Shown here: positions 11,390 through 26,211 of the stretch, one piece after another
How the letters are laid out: every line of letters starts with the position of its first letter
Numbering within the stretch: the first letter of the stretch is position 1
Source of the DNA: Paragordius varius
Lineage: Eukaryota > Animalia > Nematomorpha
Reading direction: 5' to 3'
Length of the DNA: 64,000 nt
Assembly (NCBI GenBank): GCA_964247055.1
Contig: OZ176054.1
Location: 12,400,001 to 12,464,000, forward strand
Program-made: the position numbers and the translations under genes
Notes under the pieces: model-generated
What the model saw: the letters and a program-made list of their open reading frames with translations, nothing else
Told to the model about the DNA's origin: nothing
Database searches by the model: none

Positions 11390-14300
11390 TCAATCTTCAT
11401 CTAAGCTCGATGAAATGATTTGACGTTTATTTGTGGATGAATTTCGTTTATTTCCTTGACTTAAATGTTGGCTACGAGATTTTGTTGCGTATTCTTTATA
11501 ACTCAATAAAGTTTGATTAGTTCGCATTAATACATCAGACTCCTGTTTGGGTCTGTCTTGAGAAGACTCATCAGAATCAATTTTATTATAATTAATTTCT
11601 TTGACACCATTTTGAATTGGTTTTTCTGGAGTTGGGATATCATTGTTATGATCCAATAATTTATCATTAATTATGCTTAAATCTGTTGATAAAACACATT
11701 AAATAAATTACATAATTTCAAATTGCGCTTAAACACCCTTTTATAAATCAATTTAAAAAAATTAAAAAGCTTATTTTTCAAATAATGCACCAATTTGTAA
11801 GGTATTTTCATCACTGGAACTTTCCACATCACCAGCTTCAATCCCAACCGAGAGAGGGCCAGTGTGCACTGATGAATTATTAGAGAATCGAGAAGTAGTT
11901 CTTTCAGATTCATTCATACTTTTTATGGCATCGTTTCCTTCATAATGTGAATCATCCCTATATGTTAACATTAATTGCTCAAACTTTGTAAATGGCCTTA
12001 CAATGCAGTTAATTATGAATATGGAAATAACTTATGGTTTCTTTCTCAAAACAATTTGGTATATTACAGTAAAAATTGAAATTATACGGACATGTAAAAA
12101 AAACATAAAGACAAACATTATTATCAAAAGACAACCCCATACTTTAACTTTAATTTCTAATATAAAATATTTATTTACCGATATATATCTCTATTTTATG
12201 CTAGGCAATTAAAACAATAAGTTATAAATAAAATTTTAAAAAGTATCATTGTATTTGAGAAAAAAACTTTTTTCTTTTTACGATTATTCCGCATAATTTT
12301 TATTTTTACTGCATATTAAATTGTTTTTTTTTCAGACCTAAGCTGGCAAATATATAAGGCAATTGCGATAAAAAGTAGTTATATTTTTCAAATAAAAACG
12401 ATTTAATACGTTACGCTCAGTATGGTTTTTATTATGAAATTTTACCCAAATATATGAGTCAAGGGAGGCAATTCTATATCGTTTTCATTGATTAAATGTG
12501 ATCTTTTAATTTTTTTGGGTGCAATAGTTACATTATGGGTTCTTGATGTTTCACGGGTAGTATGGTTTGGTACTTTGAATTCTGCCAATAAAATTAAAAA
12601 TTTTATTATATAGGTTGATATTTTGATTTAAAACAATGCAAAATATTAATTACAGTAAAAATATTTACAATGATAATAAAACGTTTAAATAAAAGACAAA
12701 ACCATACTTTTTTAAACTGTGTTTTTCCCATATAAACGATTATTTAATTGAAATTGTAATATATATATAATTGATTTTGTTACCAATTTACATTTTTATT
12801 TCATGTTTTTTTTAAACAATGAGTTATATTCAAAAACTCCAGTTTATAAAAGTATAGCGATGTTTTGAAAAAAAATATGTGCCTTTATATTTTTACAATT
12901 TGCAAAATAATTTCAATTTTTTCTGTTGATAGATACAACCTATACCAATAAAAAGACAAATATTTTATAAAACATGATTTTTCTGACCTAACTATAATTA
13001 TGAAAATTATGTTTAATTTACATTCTATTCTATTTTTGATAAATCTAGAGTTTGGCTCTAAAAAATCCTGTCTTTAATCCTTAGGTTCTTTCTGTAAAAA
13101 TAAAAAAAATTTATTCAAAAAAACTTAAAATTTGGGGAAGGGGGGGGCAGTATACCTTCCAATAATTTCTTGCTAAATCCGTATGATATAAATTTAATCG
13201 AGGCCAATTTTTTAATGATATCTGCATGAGTATGGTTAGGTAAACGATCACTTGCTAGCTTCTTGATAATATCTGTGTAATTATAGGTTAAAAACTTTAT
13301 ATTCTTAAAAAATTAAAAGTGCAAAGATTTTCCTTTGAAAGAAAAACGATTTTAAATCTTTTTACAACAAAATTAGTGAGCATGGTTTTATTTCATGGTT
13401 AATAGATTTAATTACAAGTACTGTGTTTTATAAAAAGACAATAAATAGAATAATTTTTTAACACTAAAAAACAAACACTATCCAGTTAATTTTAAACAAT
13501 AACAGCAAGTTAGCAACATATAAATTCAACTTAAATGACAATTCTCGCTTTAATATAAATAATAAGAGAAGACCTGTAATCTGGATTTCATCACTTTTGT
13601 AAATGGTGTAATAGCTTATGAGCAAATTGCTATTATTTTCATTCCATTTAGCTTCATCCTATAATAATAATTTTACAAAAACAACACAAAAAAATGATTT
13701 AATAAATTAAATTTCGTTTCATTTTTTGTAAAAGACGACGAAAACATCAATTCAATTAATAAAGGATGAAAGTTGTGTTCTAAGAATCTTTTGATACTTA
13801 AAAAGATAAATTCCCACGGTAAATGCCTTATAAAACAAGAAAAATAATGTAATCTTAAAATGATGTGTGATTTAATCCAATTAGTTTGAGTGACCATTTT
13901 TTTAAGTCATGTTAAAGAGTATAAAACTATCAATTTAATATAGCTAATTTTTAAAAGCTTATTGCAAAAAAATAAAAAATAATTTTTTCGTAAAGAAAAG
14001 TTTCTATTAATCAAAATGAATGTTTATAAAAAACCCACAAAAAATTATTGTATTAAACTAAACATACTTGTTATTATAACAGTATTTATATAATAATTGG
14101 AATTACGTTTTATCATCATATTTTACCTTACGTCAAAATTACGGATAATTTTTACAAATAATTATGCCAAATTAATAATGATATAGGTTAACCATTTTAC
14201 AGTACAAATTGGAACTAACCGGACAAAACATAAAAAAATGAATACAAACTCTTTTTTTCGAAAGACAAACTAACCACACTTTTATAAACGTTATAACTTA

Positions 14301-17300
14301 TAACATTAAAATATACAATCGTAAAATACATAATAGATTATGTTACCAATCTGTTTTTTACTTTGCAGTTTAAAACAATGAGTTATATTAAAAAAATAAA
14401 CATTTATAAAGTATAGTTGTCTTACTTATAGAAAATAAATTTGTATCTTTATATTCCGTATAATTTCAATTTTCACTCTATATATAGATTCTAAAAAATG
14501 TCTTAGTTATCTCCAAGCTATAAAACCAAAAGCATGAAACACAAGAACTAACTATTCATAAAATAACATAATAAAATGGAAAATAGTATTAATTTAATAT
14601 CATTACTTGTGAAGCTTTTGAGCGTTTAATTTTTTTCCGTTTTTCATTTTTCAAAGTTTTTTCGTTAAATAGATCATCATTTGTAGGGTGATTATCATAA
14701 ATATTTTTGTCCTTAATTTCTATGTTTTGTCTTTTATTTATGGTTGACAAAAAATTATCAAAATCACTTTCCTCATCACTGCTAACTTCATTTCTAGCGT
14801 TAAATTGATTTTCTTGAATGCTGGCGGGAGAATTGGGTGAATTTGGTTGACTTTCAGTATTGATGTTGTTATTAATGTTATTAACATTTCTTTCCTTTCT
14901 TTTGGAAGATTTTACTTGAATTTTATTAATGTACAAGCCAAGTCTATATGTATATATATATATATATAAAGCGTTAGACATAAAATAACTGGAATAAATT
15001 GCGAATTATTATTTATTCATCCCTACGTGTAGGTTAAGATGGGCGGGTCAGATATATCGTAGAGAACCCTCCCACATACTAAAAACCATGTACATTACAA
15101 AGCGGACACCGCACCTAAAGCGGACAGACCCCATACAACATACTTGAAAACAATTCACAAAAATCTAGCTCAACACATATTAGATATAAACTTACTTAGC
15201 TCATAAAATAGAACGTTATGGAAAAAATAACTCCAAGAGACGTTCCTTTGGGGACAACCGTTTCAATAAACAATAACCCATTTTCAGTTTTAATTGTATA
15301 AAATGCTTTTTAGATACAAATTTATACGTCAAAAACGGTTGCAAAACCAATTTTTTAGAAACCGGTAAAAATGCTTTAATTTTAAACCATTTATTGCATC
15401 AATAATTCTTCTAGTACAAATACTTAATTTTTTACGTGTTCTCTATATATGTTTGTACGTTACTCTGTTGAAAAAAACGGTTTAATTTACGAGTTAATAA
15501 GCGTATTAAGTAAATATATCTTTAAGAACTTAGTAGAATATCTCTATTTTAAAATCTGTAATGAGGATAAAAAGTAAGCTTCCATCTCCCATAATGTCTA
15601 ATTTTAGGCATTGTTAACTTATGTTGTTAAAATTTTTTATTAACTTAAATATAATTTGGTTATAAATATTTATTATAAAATGATAACTAAATAAAAAGTG
15701 TCCACAAATAGATAATCGGAAGGTATACATACACACACAAATTTAAACATTTATAACTTTAAAAACTAAAACACTATCCCTAAAATTAACAAAACAACCA
15801 GCATATATATGCATACAAACAGTTCAAATGATAAAGTTAGATCTAAAATGTTTTTCATTATAGATCAGAGGTGTCCACCACGGGGGCAAATTGCAACACA
15901 GGAGTGTATGGAAAAAAAGAAAGGATAATTATTTTTTCAACATTTTGTTGTTTTTTCCATACATAACTGTGTTGTAAATTGCCCCCTACTATAATGTGAA
16001 ATAAGCAACCATTAAAATGTAAATTATATATGATAATTAAAATTAATATAAGGAGACGTAAATTAACCCATTTTCACCTCTTTTTTTATTGTATGATATT
16101 AATTTATGCGTAATGATGGTTATAAAACTAATCTTTTAGTTATCATGAACATATCGAAAAAACCGGTAAAAAATGCTTCTTTTGATGAACCATTTGTGTG
16201 CATGTTAAATAATCCTTATTTTAACAATATTTCTAAATTTTTACAACTTTTTTCTCTATATATTTTGTACGTTGCAGTGGAACAAATAGTTTAATTTATG
16301 AGTTAATAAGCTCAAATATAAGTGAATATAACTTATTAAATTTTATCTCTACTTAATATTCTGTGACAATGAAAAGTAATCTGACTAATATAAAGCGTAG
16401 TATCAACAAATATATATATCCCACCTCTCATAATGACCATTATACATATCATACACCACCTTTTTTAAACTCTTTAAAGCTTTATAAATTAAAAATATAT
16501 ATTACTAATCAAAATAGAATTATTTTATAGATTAAATAGTCATTATAAAATTATAACTCAGAAGTATATAACCAGTTAATTTAAGAAAGTTCAAACACAC
16601 AACTTGAACAATTAAAACTTAAAATTACACACTCTAAAACCAATAATATAACCAGTAAATACTATACAAACACAAAGTTTAAATGATAAAAGTTAATTCT
16701 AAAATGTTTTTCATTATAGATCAGGGGTGTCCAACACAAATAACATCGCGGGCTGTATTTTTAACCTAGATAAGGGTATTCATCAATAATTTATTTGGTT
16801 TAAAACGTAAGTAATTGAAAACAATAAACACAATTAAACAATTCTTACACATTTTTTTGGCCAATTCATTAGGTAGAGACCTAATCAGAAAACATTTCAT
16901 TATAAGCTTTTTTAACAAATTTTGCAAATTATTTTCCAATTTTTATGTAGGTCACCTCTGTTTTAGATTAAATTAATTTAGAAAATTTATATGAGCTCGT
17001 AAACTTTTTACAACGCCTCGTTATTTGCCTTCGAGTTTTAGTTTCATCAATCAAATGTTTTTGTATGTATTCTACGACATCACACGTCCTCTCACCCAAA
17101 TCCAATTTCCCATAATCATTGTAAAGCGTTTCAATTTCAAAATCTTGTTCGGGTGTCCATACTAAAGTAAGCAAGTTAATACAAATTTAAGCAAAAAAAT
17201 ATATGCTTATAATGTAATGTTTTGAAATATTTCACCTATAGGATAGTGAAAAGGTATATATATTAATAATATCTATCTTTATTTTTCGTTACATTAAGAT

Positions 17301-20300
17301 TATTACCTTATTTTTATATCCTATTACCCTAAAATAGTTTTAAAAACCGTAAAAATAATATATTTGTTTTTTTGATTTTTGTACAATTTTCCTAGTAAAA
17401 GATTTTTAAATAGCCTATATATATTGTTGATTTTGATTTTAATGAAGAAATTCTAAAATTTTACTCATATTGATATCAAAAGTACTATAGATTTAAATAA
17501 TTTTAATAATTAACGAGACTAAGCAGAGAGTAAAAAATTTAATTCAATCGAAAGTTAATTTTGTCCATACAAAACGAATATACAGTTACAAGAACATTGG
17601 TCATTTTGCATATTCATTGGTTAAAAAAGATATTAAATTACATCTCTGTGAATATATATATATAAGATTTTTTTTATAAGCAAATATATGGATAACATAA
17701 TACAGTATGCATTTTAATGTTTTTTTCACACTATAGTAGGGGGCAATTTGCAACACTACAGGAGTGTATGGAAAAAAGAAAGGAAATAATTGTTTGTTCA
17801 ACATTTTGTTGTTTTTTTCCATACACTACTGTGTTGCAAATTGCCCTACTATAGTGTTAAATAAGCAATGACTGTATTTTATTATGAATAGATCCTATTT
17901 TTCATAATATCCTTTCTTTCAAATGTAATTAAAAGAAATGATTTCTAACAAAAATGTAAATTAATACCATTACTGTCAATTAAACTAACTAATAACCAAA
18001 GAAGCTTAAATAACTCTATTAAATCTTTTCGTATAATATTAATTTGCAATAGACTCAATTTTAAAACATAGTTTATAATCTCTGGCTTAAAAAAATTCGA
18101 AAATAAAAAGGTTTTAAATTGTTGTTTTTTAGTTTCTGGCTGGATATAATACCATTTTTATGATGTAATAAATGAGATTGGGTGACATCAGGTCGACCAG
18201 TTCCCAAAGCTACAAATTTATTTATTGAAGTCTCTGAGTTGAGAAAATTATTATCCCCGTTAGAAATTATACCATTGGCTGTAAAATTTTCCATATAATA
18301 ATCCGACTGTTTGGTATTGCGGTGAGATCTGTTATAAATTTAATTATTTTTACTCACAAAGTCTAAAATTAAATTTAAGTAAAGTATGCTTAAATACCTA
18401 CAAAAGGTATTCATTTTAAATTAAAATTATAAAGATTTATTAGTATAATGAATGTGTAAAGTTAATAATCCATAGATACATTGGAAAATAAGGTAAAAAA
18501 TAAAATATCAAAAGCTTCAACATTAATGTGTTTTTTAAAATAATTTTAGAATTGGTCAAATCTTTAAATTAATCAAAAAAACACTAAATTACTAAGCGAA
18601 AAATTTGGTATTCTTTAATTTATAAAAATATAAATTTACTGTTTTTCCAAGGTTCGAGCATAACCCTCAAAAATATCGATAGATTCTTTAATATTTTTGG
18701 GTACCAGGGCTAGAATGTATACTTGAGGATACGTTGAAGCGATTTTACTGAACAATTGAACAATGTATCGAGCAAAATTGATTAATTCCTAAAGATATTA
18801 ATAGCATTAGCATTTTAAAAATAATTATAATTCAAACTCACCCTTGAACAATTCGAATTCACTCTAAAATAAATTGTGTTTTTTAAGATTAAAAATTACC
18901 TTGATTTTATAATAGTTTTGAATATGAAATTCTGTTTAAAATTAATATAATGCTGAAAAATAATAAACTATGTCGTAAAAATTAATATTAATGATGTATG
19001 TTAGTGCCCCCGAAAACACATAATTTATTTTTAGGGTGAACTTGAATTGTTCAAGGGTGAATTTGAATTATAAATCGTATAATATATATATATATCTATA
19101 TATATATATATATATAATTGATTTTATATTTATTAAGTTTAATCAATCATCTAACGATTTCTTGTGCAAAATTCGGGAATTAATATATTAACTTTGATGT
19201 GGGAATGTTGAGCTTGTTACCAATATACATCTCTATTTTATTTTTAACCCATTAATAATAATAAAAGACTGTAAAAATCAAAAAAATATAAAATTATTTT
19301 TTGGAAACTGTAACAATCCCGTATAATTTTACAGCAAAAATTGAAATTATACGGATAAACGTAAAATTAGAAAGACAAATTTTTTTTCAAAAAACCGTAA
19401 TTTTTTTAACCTTAATTTATCTTATTAAAAACATTTAACAATCGTAAAATATGTCATTGATTGTATTACTTATATATATTCATTTTACACTTTGCAGTTT
19501 AAAACAATGACTTATATTTAAAATAATTAAGGTTTAAAATAGTATGGTTGTCTTTTGATATAAAAAATTTTGTTTTTAGATTTATACATTTTGTCCGTAT
19601 AATTTAAATTTATGTTTAATTAACCATATAAATGTTAAATTAATAAACACTTTTTTACAGATTATCAATATATATATTTATATATACCTTATATTTTGAG
19701 GTCGAACTATTTTCTTTATCAATAAGGTTTTGAGTTAAACCATTCGAAATTTGCATTGACTTATTGTGAGCGAGTATTTGTGCAAACGTTTGAAAATAAG
19801 TCACTTGAAAAAAGATGCCTGGAATTTTATATTCGACCGCAATTTTATACAACATTTTAACAATGCATAAGTTTGTGAAGGGTGAATTTGATTCAAATTG
19901 TGATAACATTTCCATATAACTCCGTATAATTATAGGGTTAACAAACCTAAAAGTAAAAATTAAAGTAAATAGAGTAAAAATTGTAAAAAAATATGTATTA
20001 TTATCCCTAAAATGTCATTAATCAAAAAAATGTTTTTTTTATTTAGAACATTACTGTAAAACATAATAATACATTAAAAAGTTACACGAAAGCTTAATAT
20101 AAAAAAGTAATTATATTTCTAAAAGATACTATATTTTTTATCCGTGGTTATTTTATGGTAAAATGAGGGTTCGAGATACCAATATGTTATTACAATATCA
20201 ATTTTATATAGTAAAAATTAAAAAAAAATTTAAAATTAGGAAAATGCTAAAAAACCCGATTTATATCGGTATTTATGAATATGTTAAATGTGATTTTTTG

Positions 20301-22555
20301 AACTAAATTTGAATTAAAATAATTACGGGATAAATACAGGTAAAAAATTTTAAAAGATATTTTCTAAAATAATATACCCATAAACATAATGGCTATAATC
20401 AAATTTATCTTCATATTCCAAGAATTCTTCATCAGAGAATAACATTTCTTCTTCAGAATTTCTATCATCATTTTCGGAATACAAATTAGTTTCACCCTCT
20501 TCTAAATATAAAATAATCTATATTTTTTTATTATGTATGTGTTTAAAAGACTCTTGAACACTTCAAATTAACCCTAAATAAATTATATCTTTTTTATGAT
20601 TAAAAATTAACTATTTTGTTTTATATTTTTGTAAAAAATAAAATTTTGTTTTTAAAATAATAGTGAAAAATGATAAACTATGCATGAAGATACATTACAT
20701 ATGAATTGTTTGGAATTAATTTGAATTGTTCGAGGGTGAATTAAATGGAATATATACTAAAATATCAATATATAACTTAAAATTTGTTAATCCATAAACT
20801 CAAATGCTAAAATATTGCAATTAAACAATTTAACCATTTTCTGCTTAATATTTTTAAACCAACAATTTAATTAAAATACAGAGGAGAAATTAAAATTTGA
20901 TGTTTTAACTTCATATTTAAAAATTTTAAAATGATCATAATACCAAAATTAAAAATGTTAAGTTCAGGTTTATTATCAAAAAATGGATTTCTCTTAATAA
21001 AAAAACCCCTGATTTTAAATGATATATTCTGAATAACCCTGTATTATTTAAAATTTTACTGTATATAATATATGTAAATATACCTTCTGCAGAGTTATCA
21101 ATATGACCATTGTTTTGATATGTGTCAGTTTTTAGGATTTCTGCTTTATATATATCGTATTTTTCTGGTTCTAATATATATATAAAATTAAATTTTAGTT
21201 GATATTAATAAATTAAAATAGTTCAATTGGTTTAAGAATTAAAATTTTAATAATTGTTAGGAATATACATATTTATACTTTGTAATTGAAGTTGAAATAT
21301 TTCTTTACATTTTTCCAATATAATGGTAGATGCTATCTCATTACTACCAATTAACTCCATAAACAAACTATAATCTGGCCATATATTTCTGAAACAAAAA
21401 AAATAATTTTAAGATTTCAAAATTAAATTTTTAAAAACCTAAATTAGGTTTTTAAAAAGGTAAAAGGATATATAATGATTATATTAAAAATTTATTTAAA
21501 AAATGCAATTTTCATATATTCAAGCGTTTTTTATCTATTAAAAATGTATCAAAACTTATAAATTAAAATTTTTTAACATATATTTATATAAATACTTTGT
21601 AGCCAATAAATGTAATATAGCTTCTCGCCAACAATCATGGGTATGTAGTTTGCAATAAATTGTATATATGGCATTTTCTCTGTCACACCGAAAAAAAGTG
21701 AAAATAATTATATATTTTTTATAAAAAATATTTTTATCCTTGAAATTAACATATATAGTAATAATATTGTTTAAATAAAACTTCTAACTATAATATAATA
21801 TTTAAAGGTAATTTACACGTTGAGTAATGTTAAACCAAAATAAAGTATTAATGCTTAAATTTTCACTCTATCAAAAAATATCTTGTAAAAAGGAATTATT
21901 AAACATAACCCTCGGCCTTATTTAAGGGTAACCAACTTTTAATGCGTAAACTAGGATACCTTATTTAAAAATCGGAAATATTAGCAATATAAAATTAATT
22001 TAAAGTTCTTCATTAAAACTACAGTGTATATTTAAGTTTTTTTGGCATTAATTTTTAGTTAATATTTAACCTTTGTTCATCTACATCAAGATGGTCTGAT
22101 GTTGGATCAAATACTTTAGGTAAATTAGTCATCAATTGTGTGACATTTATATACGGTTGTTGAGATCCTTGAACAATCATTTCTTCATTATTTATGTGTG
22201 GACATAACTCATTGAACGCAGCATTAAAGCTGGTTTCCATCAAATCTTCGGACCATTCTAAAAAAACAATGGTTTTGTAAAATAAAAAATATTTTTTTCG
22301 GTTATAAAATTTATCATTATTTCATAAAATTATTATTAACCATGTAGAAAAATTATAAAATTTAAAAATATTATATTAAAAAATTTGATCGATTATGCAA
22401 AATTTTTAAAGCTAAAATAAACAATGAAATTATATAAAAAAAATTTTTTTACCATGTATTTTTTCTGAAAAAGCTGATAAAATCTTATTTCATCTCAAAT
22501 TTTAATTCGATTATAATATTAATAAATTATATTAATCAAAATTATTTTTATTCGT

Positions 22556-22615
<60 letters not shown>

Positions 22616-25600
22616 ATTTACAGTTCTAATTCCCCCTTAATCAATTCAAAAACACCCTCGAACAATTCAAATTTACCCTTGAACAAATTAAACACCTTAA
22701 AAATAAATTATACTTTTTCGAACTAATATAACTCATTATTAATATAAAATATATCTTTATGGCTTAGTTTATTATTTTTCAGTATAATTTTAATTTAAAA
22801 CAAATTTTTTTCAAAAAATATATATAAAAATATAGGTATTTTTTAATATTAAAAAACATATAATTTATTTGAGGGTGAATTTGAATTGTAAATGGTATGC
22901 ATACAGTATGCATTTTAATGGTTGCTTATTTCACATTATATTAGGGCAATTCGCAACACAGTAGTGTATGGAAAATACTACAAAATGTTGAATAATTATT
23001 TCCTTTCTTTTTCCATACACTCCTGTGTAGCAAATTGCCCCCTACTATATATAGTACGTGAAATAAGCAACCATTAAAATGCATACTGTAATTACAAAGA
23101 TATCTATTTGTATTAATTATCTAATAATCATAAATGACTCCATTTATAAACAATTACAGTTTTTGACCAGTCAAAACCAATTTCACCCCATTTCCATTAT
23201 TTTTACAACCAAAAAAAAAGAAAATTAAAAATATGGAAATAAGCGAAAATATTACATACGTTAACAAAATATTGATCTTTTTTCAAGTAAAAATGTCAAT
23301 TTTGACCAAATATTTTGCTAAAAATAACCAGAAATCCAATTTTGTCCATCGATTATATCATTATTTGATTCCGTCTGTTGCGATTCTTTGCACTTCTTTT
23401 CACGCTTTTTCAAAATTTTAGCCCGTTTTTTACGTTTTTTCATAACCATGAGATTGGTAAATTCCCTGCAATATGCCTTTAACATTTTAAGGAAAATGTG
23501 GGTCGTTTCAATAAGATCCCGCAAATAATCTCTGATTATATAATATAAATGTTAAATTTAAATAAAAAGTAAAAATTTATAGTAAACAGTAGTTTATAGG
23601 CTTCATTGAATTTCGGGTTCAAAATTTTTTTTCATTTAATCGATAAATTTTCTTTAATTTAAAATTATTAGGTTTTCATATATATAGAAAAAACGGCTAT
23701 AAAATAATAAACCTATGATAATAATCTTATTTTTTTTCATTAAATAATTATTTAAAAAAAAGCCAACAAAAATCCGGTTAAAACAAAAAATTAAAATTAA
23801 TGAATACAACTGTAAAAATTTCAGAGAGTAAAAAATAAATTCAAAAAAGAGTATTTATTAATTACATTGGAAAATATATGCCAGAATATGCTTTGAACAA
23901 TTGTATCAGGATTTCTCTGTACTCAGGCACATAAAATATGTTGGCTAATACAATATACATATGAAAATAAAGATATTTATATTGTAAAATATAAAATTTT
24001 GATATATCATTCAAAAAAACTATCCATATTTTTTAAATATAAGGTAAGCAACCATATTTATTAAACCTAAACTCTTTCTATACAGCCCCAATATGATTAT
24101 TTCATATATGGGGCTACGAAATATCATGCTGAAAATCCCTTTACCCCATGTTTCTTTCCTTATACATAGAGACGATAAAAAATTAAACTAAGAATATGGT
24201 TAATTTTAGTTTAAAAAAATGCCATTTTCTCCTGTTTTTTTTCAAAATTTAAGGCAAAAATTTTTAATTTTTAAATATATTATTTAACTTTGTCCATATT
24301 ATAAATAAAATGTAAATAATATTTATCACATAAAAAAAATTAAAAAATTGTTTTCCAAAAAAGTAATAAAGCTTTTTTGAAACCTTTGATGGCACGGACA
24401 CTCTCACGGACATTTGGATTGAGGGATTCGCTTAAATCTTGTAAAGTTAACAGACTTTGTTTGTAAGCCATCAAAGTTAGGTGAATCCTGAAATAGATAG
24501 TTAATATATATAGTTTGCCGTTGTAAAATATTTAATTTTAAAAATTTTTTTAGCCCCCTCATAAACACGAACATGTTTTTAAATTTTAAAATTATAGGTG
24601 TATTTCTAGTTTTTTTTACAATCAAGAGTGATTAACTAAATTTTTTAAAAAAATACTGAAACTTAACTACCATATCCTAAATGGGGTAGCGCCAAGATTG
24701 ATCCTTTTTTAAACAATTTTTCTAAATATAAACTATATAATTGGCAAGAACTAGAAAAAAGTTTTTATTTTATAAGTGCATCAGAAAAAACTACAAAATG
24801 TTGAATAAACAATTTTTTCCATACACTACTGTGTTGCAAATTGCCCAACTATAGTGTGAAATAAGCAACCATTAAAATGCAAACTATATATATATATATT
24901 ACATATATATACAACCAAGAATTACAAGATTAAAATGACATAATTTTCCCCCCCATAAATAAATACACCATATATATAGATATTAGCCATCATTAGGGTT
25001 GTGCATTTGACTGCTTTTTCAAAAAAGTCCGGTCAGACCCGGTCATGACCACTTCACCTAAATAAATACGATGCGATATTGAATTATGAAATTACTTCTG
25101 AATTCAAATACCTCGCTTTTAATACTGGATATCTCAAATAAAATTTTTCCTGTTTCTTTTACACTTTCTTTGATCATTGAAATATCCAATTATAAAATGT
25201 GTTTTCATTTTATTAGTTCACATACATGGAATAATTGAATATTTTATAAAAAGTTGGATTGTTGTCTTTTTTGAAATAACTGGATATGCTTAAATGCTAA
25301 TGTTTGAAGGATGCATGTTTAACATTTTAAATTTTTAAATAAGCAAATTTATATATTTATATATTTTTTTATAATATATTAAAAAAAACTTACTATTTTT
25401 CTTCCAAAAAAAATTACCAGCAATTTTTCAAAAACAGCTGAAATGACCATGGTCAAAAAATAAATAGTCACTGACCTGGTCATGACAACCCTAGTCATCA
25501 TACATGTTTTTAATGGAATTTCTCGTTTTTTTTGCATTCAAAAAGTAGTTATTAAAAAATTAGAACCTCTGTTTAAGACTCATTGCCTTTAAACTATAAA

Positions 25601-26172
25601 AACTGATATAATTTTGGCTTGAGTATAAGATATCAAATTAAAACACAAATTTATCAAAACAAAACCGTCTTTAAAATAAAAAATTATAAATATGGAGCAG
25701 TCTAATTCTATAGTATACGAGGCTTAAACCAAAATTAAATTTTCTAACAATTTTACAAACTTGAGGCTTAAATCTATAATATATATCAGTTTTAATTTTT
25801 CAAAATTGAAAATAAAAAACGTTAAAATACGCATTCAAATTGCAAAAATCGCAAAAAAATGTAACATTGAGTTCCGTGCATATAAGTTAAGGTAAAAAAT
25901 TTGTTTTTCAAAACCGCGTTTAATAAAACATACAATTTTTATAAAAGTTTTATATATTTTCCTAAAAATATGGGCAAAAAAACCCCCATAGAAAATATAA
26001 GGACTAATATTTAATTATATATACCGTTTTCCCCAAGATATTCCTTCACTCTTTTCCATCATGAGTGAATCCAAATACGTATAAATAGTACTGACTAAAT
26101 ATTGCATAGTTTCTTTGCTGAGTGTTTCACTATTTTTTAGGTCAAATATTAATATTATTAATTAAATACGAA

Positions 26173-26211
<39 letters not shown>

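Noticed and set aside
13030-13092. Exon-like segment [22 protein letters not shown] in a TIMELESS intron
   Set aside because: All frames from its acceptor contain stops, and the flanking exons splice in phase without it.
15090-15135. AAGCGGACA direct repeats suggesting a Tc1/pogo end
   Set aside because: No matching opposite end or TSD was found; too degenerate to call.
16140-16330. Weak resemblance of the duplicated intronic segment to the TIMELESS PARP-binding region (LFVPL...LLK*GL)
   Set aside because: It needs frameshifts and stops, is in the wrong order relative to the Myb repeats, and exons 25 and 26 join cleanly without it.
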